Shown: positions 54,796 through 64,000 of the stretch, piece after piece
Numbering within the stretch: position 1 is the first letter of the stretch
Layout of the letters: every line of letters starts with the position of its first letter
DNA from: Octopus vulgaris
Lineage: Eukaryota
Assembly (NCBI GenBank): GCA_951406725.2
Contig: OX597816.1
Location: 181,970,001-182,034,000, forward strand
Length of the DNA: 64,000 nt
Reading direction: 5' to 3'
Position numbers and translations under genes: made by a program
Notes under the pieces: model-generated
What the model was told of the DNA's origin: nothing
Database searches by the model: none
The model's input: the letters and a program-made list of their open reading frames with translations, nothing else

Positions 54796-56574
54796 ATAGT
54801 CACAAACTCAGACACCCTCTTAGACTATTGACCCATGACTCTGTGGAGCATCCCAAATGTAACAAACTGGAGGCAGAGAGAACATCATCGGCACTGAACT
54901 GATACTCAGTTCCACTTGAGTAGAGTTGAGCAATGTCAAATGATGTGCCTTGCTCAAGGACACAACCTACTGCCATGTCTTGGAATTGAACTCATGAAGT
55001 CTTCATTCATTCTCTTTAAACCATAAATACTAACATAGGTTGGATGATTTGACAGGAGCTGCATCAGGTTCCATACTCAAGTTTGGCTTGGTTTCGACAG
55101 CTGGATGCCCTTCCTAATGGCCACCTCACAGAGTGTACTGGGTGCTTTTTATGTGGCACCATTGCCAGTGCTTTTTACGTGGCATTAGTACTTACACACA
55201 CACGCACATATCATCATCATCATCATCATTTAACATCGACTGTCCATGCTGGTTGGACGGTTTGGCCAAAGCTGGGGAGCTGCACCAGACTCCAGTCTGA
55301 TTTGGCATGGTTTCTATGGCTGGACGAGGCCCTTCTTAATGCCAACCACTTTACAAAGTGTGCTGGGTGCTTTTACACTGCACTGCAAAGAGGGCTCTTC
55401 ACCACCAGAGGGACTAGTCTTAACACTTCTACTGTGGAGTTTGGGTTTTCTTGGGTACAGCAAAGCACCAGGTATCTTGTATTATTTTATATATATAATT
55501 CCTTCAGATGTATTTTATTTTTTAATTTGAAGTTTGTTTGTTTGTCTCAGCTAAAGTCACATTAACCCTGATGTGACTATATATATATGAGTTTCAGGTC
55601 ATGCTTTGTCCAACCCATGCTAGCATGGAAAGCGGACGTTAAACGATGATGATGATGATGATGATGAATAATGATCTGGTAGAATTTGGTAGAACAACTA
55701 ACTTTTCCGAATTCAGTCCAGTTGGTATATGGCATCTTGGGCAAGTGTCTTCTATAGCTTCTGGTTAACCAATGCTTTGTGAATAGAATTGTTACGCAAG
55801 CTGTATAAGGCCTGTTTTGAGTGAGTGTGTGTGTATAAAAATGACAAACCTGTGTGTCTTTTGTGAACACCATCAGAGACAGGGGACAGTTGTTGAAAGG
55901 AAAATTACAACATCAAAGCCATTGCTTGTAGCTCAAGATATTTAAAGAAGCCTGGATGTAAAAAGACAGGCACATACATGCACGTCATCATCATCGTCAT
56001 CATTACCATTTTAATGTCCACTTCTCCATGCTTGTATGGGTCAGGCAAAGTTTATTGAAGCAGATTTTCTACAACCAGATACTCTTCCTTTCACCAACCC
56101 TTATCTGTTTCCAATCAAAAGTAATATTACGCTATGGCTGGACATGTTTTCGCAGAATATTGGAAATGAATGCTACTGGTTGTATGACAGTGGCACTCAT
56201 TTACAACTAATGTGGTGTCAAGACAAGGAGACACAAACATACTCACACGTATGTACACGTACACAAACATACATATGGGAGCTATAATAAAAGTCACTAC
56301 CCCAAGAAACTGTACCAACAACTATGTGCATGAGATACATTCTTCTTTCAGTTTTTTCCTATCAGATCTGCTCACAAAACTTTGGTCAGTCCAGGTCCCT
56401 AGCAGAAAATATTTGCTACAAGTAGTGCATATATGCTAAAGCAAACATCTTAACCATTCCACCATATCATCACTTGTTGCTTACTATTATAATTTCACTG
56501 TTTGTTTAGAAATATCTTCACTTTATTTACATTAATCATTTTAGGATCTCATTAAAATTCTTCTTTTTTTTCAG

Positions 56575-57100
56575 GTATTCATTAATGCTGATGTGTTGGC
56601 AATACAAACCCAAGCAAAGGCCTTCTTTCAAAGACATAATAAACGCTTTGGAGCCTGAACAATTTCCAGACTTCCAGACTGTATCATATTACAACAGTGA
56701 AGAGAACAGACGTTATATGGAAGAAGAAGCAATGGCAAAAAAAATGAGGGGTGAAATTGAAGAACAATACAAGCCACTGTATAAAAATATCAGTACTTCA
56801 AAGGATTTATATACTGAATTACATTCAGATATGTCCCAGAGCAGTACAGCGGAAGCGTTGGAACTGCAGGTCATTCCGTCAGAGGCTGATCCTCTCGCAT
56901 CGACTTCAGGACAAATGTCGATATCTGGTATGGGGGGTTCAGGAGAGGTCAGCTGTGGCCTGAGACGGAGTTCAAGCTCACTTAGTGCTAATCTCCCCGA
57001 GGAGGAATCAAATAAAAATGGCAATTCAAGAATTTCCCACAAAAATGGCATTGCCAATGGACACATACAATCACAGATGACAAGGACGCCTGTATGCTAG
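56575..57100 (+). CDS. INSR: Insulin receptor terminal coding exon (kinase end and C-tail, stop TAG)
   Basis: tttcag|G TAT TCA TTA ATG... Translates YSLMLMCWQYKPKQRPSFKDII...NGHIQSQMTRTPVC*. Confidence 0.95.
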
Positions 57101-57846
57101 CATTCTATCATGCTCTCAAAAAAAAAAAAACACATACACAAAACAAAACAAAAAACATTTACATCATCTATAAAAAAACAACAAAAAGAAGCAATTTTTT
57201 TTCTTTTTGTTTGAACATTTCTTTTCATTTTCTTGCTATATACATAAGTTAATATACGTGTGTGAACAGACATACATACATGTATGCATATTTATGCATG
57301 TGACCATATATATATATAGATATATATATATATATGCGTGTGTATGTGTATATATATGTATATGCACAACTATGTATTAGTATGTATGTATATATTTTTG
57401 GTCTTCTATTTTGTTGTCTTCCCCCCTCCTATTTTTTTTCATTTATAATTGTTTTATTACTATTTTTAGATATCGTAATATTTTAACTTAATTTTTAATA
57501 AGTTGCAATTTTTTTTTTCTAAGTACCAAAATGAAATTTACATGTGTGCATATGTATAGGTGTTTGGATGGATGCAAGTGTGTGTATATATATGTATATA
57601 TTATGTATGCAAGAGTTTGTAAATTACTGACTAGAATGGTAGGGAGGAGGGTGGAAACAAGGAACATAGGAGCTTGCAAAAAGTGAAATCTTTCTCTCGT
57701 TTTTTGCCTCTAGTTCTCTCCATTCTTGCTTTGTAACTCAGATTTTCAGAGAAGAGGCAGGTGTCATGCTGAAAGGGATACTTCGAGTGTTGAACGATTT
57801 GATTGAGGACATGAAAACAGGATGGAGCTGCAATTAGCTATGAAAG

Positions 57847-57852
57847 AATAAA
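57847..57852 (+). terminator. Candidate polyadenylation signal (AATAAA) in the receptor 3' UTR
   Basis: First clear AATAAA downstream of the stop. Others occur near 58460 and 58852, so the real end is unknown. Confidence 0.25.
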
Positions 57853-57876
57853 TGTATAACATCACAACATGTTGTG

Positions 57877-57935
<59 letters not shown>

Positions 57936-57949
57936 CATTATTATTATTA

Positions 57950-58162
57950 AGGTGGTGAGCTGGCAGAATTGTTAGCACGCTGGGCAAAATGCTTAGCAGC
58001 ATTTTGTCTGTCTGCATGTTCTGGGTTCAAATTCCGCTGAGGTCAACTTTGCCTTTCATCCTTTCAGGGGTTGATAAATTAAGTACCAGTTGAACACTGG
58101 AGTCAATGTAATCAACTAGCACCCTCCCCCAAAATTCCTGGCCTTGTGCCAAAATTTGAAAC

Positions 58163-58165
<3 letters not shown>
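57950..58165 (+). mobile_element. Second-family SINE inside an (ATT)n microsatellite downstream of the stop codon
   Basis: Same family as 39118-39331, with long (ATT)n on both sides. Confidence 0.85.
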
Positions 58166-58213
<48 letters not shown>

Positions 58214-58808
58214 CATTATTGTTGTTGTTGTTAACTTTTTCTTCAGCTTTTGTTTTCTTAAATGGTTGCTGCCAATATTTTCTAACTTCAAGAAGATCTA
58301 GGTGGTTCTGCCAGAGGCTCTCTTGGTTTGTTGTCTGTATTTATGAAGGTTGTCAGATGGAGAAGGTTTTGCTAGTTTTGTTACCTAGATTGCATGAGTG
58401 AGTGGGGGAAAAAAACAACCAAGAGAAGTGAATGGCATTGACCTGGGCTACTCCTGATAAATAAAAAAGGAAAAAAAGATTGTTTTTAAATTAAAAAAAA
58501 AAGAGAGAAGCTGAATGGGCAACATCAACTTTGTATCTGAATTATCTCAACATAAATATTAGATTCACCTCAAGGACCAAAACTCTGTTGAGAAGGAATA
58601 TATCACCGTGTTGATACATGGTCTCAATAACATCCAACAACTTATATATGTAATATACTGGACAGGAAAATGTACTATAATAATAATAATGATGATGATG
58701 ATGATGATGATGGTAGTGGATGGATACATCCAGAACAATCATCTTATCTTTAATGCTATAAGAATTCTGTTGAATATTCTTTGTCAGAAATAAACTATTA
58801 AAAACAGA

Positions 58809-58855
<47 letters not shown>

Positions 58856-59229
58856 AACAAAAGGGACGTTTCCAAATACAATTTTCAAATAAAATAACCA
58901 AAACAATTGGTATATTTCTATAAAAAAAATAATAAAGAAAGAAAAAAAGAAAAAGTACTTTTGATAATATGAACATCGTTTTGAACACTCAGTGCTGTGA
59001 TGATCTTCTTCTGCTTCTTGTGTCTTTCTTCCCTCTTCATGCATTTTAATTCAGTTTGATGGTAATTTACTATTAAAAGAAAGTAAATTATTTTTTATAA
59101 CTTTTACTTTGACAGAAAACTTTCAGCAAAGGAAATATTATTTTCAAGTATTAATTAACATAAATTTTCCTTTTTTTTTTAATTTTATGATTATTCCAAC
59201 AAATTTCAGGTGATTAACTTGTTGAATTA

Positions 59230-61300
59230 TAACAGGGGAAAAGCAACAGATAGGGTAGAGTAATAATCGGGAGTTTTTGATGTTTTGGATAGTCCTAAGT
59301 TGAGATGACAAGAGCAGAAGGAAACATTTTCACTGGAACCTGTTGGTGCCGTGATTCTGAGATTGAATATAAAATGTCCTCACTGTTTCCTTGAGGGTAC
59401 AGATTTGTGGTGTGCAGGAATGCCACACTTTAATAAATAGGTAATGAAATGGTCCATTGCTTTGAAGTGGGTGGTAACTAGTTGACATGGTATACATCAT
59501 AGTCTTTGTGCTTGAGAAAGTGATTGGCAAGGTGCCAGCTTGTTTTACACATGTGGAGTTCACTGCAAATTTTACTGATATTGAGAGATGTGCAGCAGAA
59601 ATTTTGGATGATATGGTACTATGACTTAGACCCAGTAATGGTTGTAGTGTTATTGATGTAGGAACAAGTATTGCATCATCAGCAAGCACATTTGAAAGTG
59701 CCTGGTTATGTATGGCTGGGTATTGAAGAGCTTTTAAGTAGCTGCTGACATTTCTTTCTTTCTGGAAGGTAAGGAAAGGTGATATAGAAAAACATCTGAA
59801 CAGTTGTTGAGTGAAAGAGTAGGATTTGGAAATTACAGATGAGTATGTGTTTCAGTGAAAGGTAAGGGAGAGTGGAATCTGGTTGAAGTAAATTCCAGGT
59901 GAAGGTGATAGCATCAACACAGTCATTAATATAACACCTGTTCAGCTCTGGGGTAGATCCCATGAATTGAGCAAAGAGTTGCTCCTCGTTATGCTCTACA
60001 AAAAAGGTTTGCATAATCAGGCCCCATCTTAGTTCCATAGCAACCCCAAAGCAATTAAGGACCAAATTTAGTTAAGTGAAGGGATACCAGTAGCAGCAGT
60101 CTAGGGAGTGTTTAAGGATTGATAGGCCATCATTGTGGGAGATGATTATGCACAGATTTAATGTGTGAAGTGAAAAGGTGTTTTGACTCTCCAGAGGAGG
60201 TAGAGAGAATGCATTGAAGGAATTTAGGGCGTGGTTGGTGGCTTTAATATGTGACACGACAACAGGTGATAGCATTTTGTTTAGGTGGAGAGATTTTTAG
60301 CTGGGCAGTTATAGACAGAGACAATAGGATGGCCAGGATTGTCTGGTTTGTGAAATTTAGAACAGAGTAGATGATAGAAGTTTAAAAGTGTAGTTACAGT
60401 GAAGTTAATGGCAGAGTGCAGAAGTAAGCTGGAAGAAATGCATTCAGCCACAGCAGTGCCAACTTGTTTCTGGTAGGAACTGGTGAAATCAGTTGCCAAC
60501 TTACTGTAGAATGACAGTTTATTAAGTTAACAGAGTGCTTCTCTGTAGAGGTTAGCTATCTAAATCATGACAATACCACTCTTACCTGAGAGTTTAATGG
60601 TGATATCTTTCTAGTGTTCTGAAGGGTGAAAAGTTTCAATGAGGCATGGTTTGATCATTGTCACTTGTTGATATCCAAATTGTAACTGCATGTATTTACA
60701 AATAAATTGAGCATGTAGTATAGGCCCAGGCTAGGTGTCCAGTTGGAGTTGTGCTTTTGGAGATTGGTGAAATCTTCCCCTGTCAGAGATTCTGATATAG
60801 AAGAGGGACTTAAGTTGGATCTAATGGAAGAAATGGTATTGACATATACATCAAACATTTACTTGGAGTGGGAGGAAGTTTAGATCATTACTTAAGGAGA
60901 ACTTGTTTGGTATCCAAGAGAGAGAGAGGGAGTTCTTACGATGAACACTACATATATTATGAGCATATGAAAGAAGTGTGATGCTGGTTGAAGAATATGC
61001 AAAATTTGCAGAGTGAGTACCAATATGTAACGTTCACTATAATAAGTTTCATGGGAAAGCAGATGGCAGAGAGAGAAAAGAACAGTAGTGGGTTAGCTTT
61101 TATGTCAGGTGGCTGTATATGGTGCACAAGAAGCAGATGGCAGCTCACATCAGCTGTTTTGAAGAAGTAAGGGTATAAATAAATGTTTGGAGAATATTAT
61201 GAAGAGTGATGTGGCTTCATAGATGGATGGAAATTAATTGAAAGTCACATGGAATAATGTTGAGGTGGAAACGGTGTCCAAAAAAATGTAAATGGCTGCA
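59230..61300 (-). mobile_element. Degenerate Penelope-like retroelement (RT and endonuclease remnants)
   Basis: Broken frames contain KFHKPDNPGHPIVS..CP, SHIKATNHAL, HNDGL, GVAM and RCYINDC, matching PKIHK..PGRPIVS, IKDT, GVAMG and RYIDD. Boundaries approximate. Confidence 0.75.
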
Positions 61301-62006
61301 GAAGTGAGGCTTTAATGAAAATGAAATATCACTGATATGGTAGCAAACAGCAAAGAAGAATTAAAAGATTCATTTGCATAATGTGGTACAATTCCCACTC
61401 AAGACATGAGATTGAACATAGTAAAGGAGATAATTCAAAGAATTGGGTAGATATATAAGATTAAATAGAACTTAAGGAGACTTTTGGAGGTCACTCAAAC
61501 AAAGGCTGTAAAAAGTGCTGTCATTTCAGCTCTGAAGATATAAAAATATTGGAAATTCCATTTTTTCTAAATAATCAAGTCTTTACTGATACAGATCTCC
61601 TGGGATTCTGTTTTAAATTATAGCTTTCGACTCATTAGTGAAGCCAGATTAATTATCATATTGCTTAATCACCACCCCACATCTATCATCACATTTTTTA
61701 ATCCTTGCTAGAAAGATCAGTGTCCATCTTGTCTGAGCTCTAACATTCTCTGTTAAAAACAACCACTTCCTACGTAATGTGACTCTTTGTTTCTTCTCCT
61801 GTAAAGGATTCTAATGTCAAAACAAGGACAAGTTTGTCGGAAACAAGTACAGTCAATAGAGTTTACCCCTACCCACAAATCTCCGCCGCAAATTATTTGT
61901 GCTTTATTGTATCAACCCTGGCAAGATAAAAGGCAAAAGAAATCTGAATATGTCTAAGTTCATTATTTACATTTGACGGATATTTGTCCTCATCTTGTTT
62001 ATTGTT

Positions 62007-62052
62007 GACACAATGTTTCGGCTGATATACCCTCCAGCCTTCATCAGGTATC
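62007..62052 (-). ncRNA. Minimal hammerhead motif (left arm)
   Basis: Minus strand: GAUAC-CUGAUGA-A-GGCUG-(loop)-CAGCC-GAAA-CAUU-GUGUC. Stem I is GAUAC/GUGUC. Confidence 0.65.
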
Positions 62053-62278
62053 TTGGGGAAATTTCGAACCTGGGTTCTCATTCCTAAGGCATTTTTCAAT
62101 GTTATTAGGATTATTATTATCATTCAGGTCACTGCTTGGAATTGAACTTGGAATCTTGGGATTAAAAGCACAGGCTACTAACCCCAAGATTCTGAGTTCG
62201 GTTCCAGGCAGTAACCTGAATAATAATAATATCAAAAAATTCCTTAGGAATGAGAACCCAGGTTTGAAATTTCCTCAA

Positions 62279-62321
62279 GACACCTGATGAAGGCTGGAGG
62301 GTGCATCAGCCGAAATGTGTT
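62279..62321 (+). ncRNA. Minimal hammerhead motif (right arm, stem III deleted)
   Basis: GACAC-CUGAUGA-A-GGCUG-(loop)-CAGCC-GAAA-U-GUGUU. Lacks 3 nt relative to the left arm. Confidence 0.55.
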
Positions 62322-62919
62322 CACAACAAACAAGATTAGGACAAATATCCATCAAATGTACATAATTCCTCATCTCTTAAATATAGAACCGAATATCTAA
62401 GTTCCCTTGTTCGTTTTACATGTTTTCTTTTCTCTTATTTTACTGTCAGATGCTCTTCCTGTCACCAACTCTTACCATTCATTACAAGTTAGGGTTTGCT
62501 TTTCCTTATTCCACCACTTCAAGGTCACAGAGCTACAGAATGTAATGTTCTCTGTGTATTATTTTGTTTTTCTCCCCAAACGACCTCATCCCAAGAAGCA
62601 CATCCACACGCACAGATACAAGCAGTTTCCATATACCATTTCTACTTACAAAGCATCGGTCAACCCAAACCAATAGTAGAAGGCACTTGCTGTAGGTGCC
62701 ACCCAGTTGAACTGAACCTAAAAACATAACTAACATTTATTTATTTTTGTTACAAGGATACGAGATGATGGTCATGGCCAGAACACCTTTGATCAGATTC
62801 AATCTGGGGCTCTAGAATAAATAGTTTGTGTAAAATATTTTGTTTATGACTCATGAATTTTTGGATTTACAGACTGAATCCTTAAATGTGATTCTTTGGA
62901 TGAGTCTTATGGACTCGTA

Positions 62920-63255
62920 AGGCATAGTCAGTCATTTGACTGTGGCTATGCTGGAGCACTGCTTTGAAGGGTTTTAGTCGACCCACGACTTATTTTTCAA
63001 GCCTAGTATTCTATCGGTCTCTTCTGCTGAACCACTAAATCATACAGGGATGTAAACACTCCAGCAGTGATGGAGGTCACACACATATATACGACGGGCT
63101 TCTTTCAATTCCCGTCCACCAAATCCACTCACAAGGCTTTGGTCGGCCTGAGGCAATAGTAGATGACACTTGCCCAAGGTGCCACACAGTGAGAGTGAAC
63201 CCAGAACCATGTGGTTCGTAAGCAAGCTTCTAACAACACAGCCACGCCTGTGCGT
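62920..63255 (-). mobile_element. Major-family SINE, antisense
   Basis: Reverse complement of 52021-52427. Confidence 0.8.
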
Positions 63256-64000
63256 ATATAAACTAAAATAGAATTTAATTAAAAACAGTTGACTGAATTT
63301 TAGCCATCAGTTGTCGACAACGTTTTTCAAATGCACTCTAAAACGGTTTTCAGTTTAATTTATTTTAATAGTCATCGTGTTTAAACAATGGCTGTAAAAT
63401 ATACAACACGTATTGTCGGCTGTTAAAATACTTTTATATATGGCCAGCTTTGATAGCGTAGTCCGAGCGTATGCTTGTTAATTTCCAACTATTTAACTGA
63501 TCCTGGAAGAATGAACGACGGAGCCAAAGATTTCTACAGAACACGTAAAGGGACATAACCCAGTATCACCAGGCATTTCTTTTATCGCCCACTGCAAATT
63601 CGTGTGAAAAGAGTATTGGTTTGTTAGTTATTTTAAACAGTGATTGTAGACACTTGGGCTTCCTTCGTCCGGTTAAATAATAAATATGAAATAATTGATT
63701 TAGTAACATTGTTTTTGTTATGCATCCACTTTTCCATTTTCGCATGAGCAAGCATTATGGACCTTGTTCATACGTGCACTAGAATGGCTATAGTAAAAAA
63801 AATTGAAATTTCTGTCCATGAGCAGCAGCTTAATCACGCAGTTAATTTAAATTAAGGTTTCAATATTTATGCTTGGCAGTTAACATGTCGTGATGGATGT
63901 TTACGAAGTAGGAATTTGGAGTAACTTAAGGTTACTTCTTGGTCTGCCAGAAATGACTTCTCTCAAAACACCCTACTGACACATTGGATAGTATAGTCCG

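Larger units (their letters stand above)
61962..62390. mobile_element. Head-to-head inverted dimer of a tRNA-headed, hammerhead-bearing short element
   Basis: Arms 61962-62160 and ~62183-62366 are reverse complements. tRNA-like GGCTACTAACC...GAGTTCGGTTCC at the inner ends. CTGATGA-stem-GAAA in each arm. Confidence 0.8.

Noticed and set aside
56545-56574. Alternative in-frame acceptor 30 nt upstream of the last exon
   Set aside because: It would insert 10 residues into the kinase C-lobe, and the downstream site has the stronger pyrimidine tract. No transcript evidence.
57089-57100. PDZ-binding C-terminus (TPVC, compared with IGF1R SSTC)
   Set aside because: Position -2 is Pro, so the class I S/T-x-hydrophobic motif is not met.
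61815-61858. GACAA/TTGTC hairpin followed by GAAAC..GTA
   Set aside because: The CUGANGA half of the core is absent.
63255-64000. Slightly CpG-richer unique stretch, possible promoter of a neighbouring gene
   Set aside because: No exon, ORF or promoter element can be supported within the window.

Overview
AT-rich, repeat-dense animal DNA. The repeat families look like those of Octopus or another coleoid cephalopod; this is inferred from memory, not searched. The window holds the 3' two-thirds of an insulin/IGF receptor gene on the + strand: 18 GT-AG exons from 2498 to the stop at 57100, about 928 codons, all splice phases consistent. They encode FnIII-1/2/3, the insert domain with CCECP and alphaCT, an RHRR furin site, the TM helix, NPEY, a complete tyrosine kinase and a C-tail. 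The L1-CR-L2 exons lie upstream of the window. Introns are filled with tRNA-derived SINEs, RTE and CR1 LINE ends, mariner relics, a TTAA MITE family and a ~5.3-kb 39-bp minisatellite that accounts for all the very long ORFs. The most unusual signals are: (1) hammerhead-ribozyme motifs of at least three Penelope-type families, including a tRNA-headed, hammerhead-tailed element present as a head-to-head inverted dimer; (2) all intronic hammerhead motifs found are antisense to the receptor pre-mRNA; (3) an ITAM-like tyrosine cluster in the receptor tail; (4) several perfect intronic hairpins and inverted repeats; (5) a minisatellite whose every unit carries an acceptor-like site in frame with the activation-loop exon.
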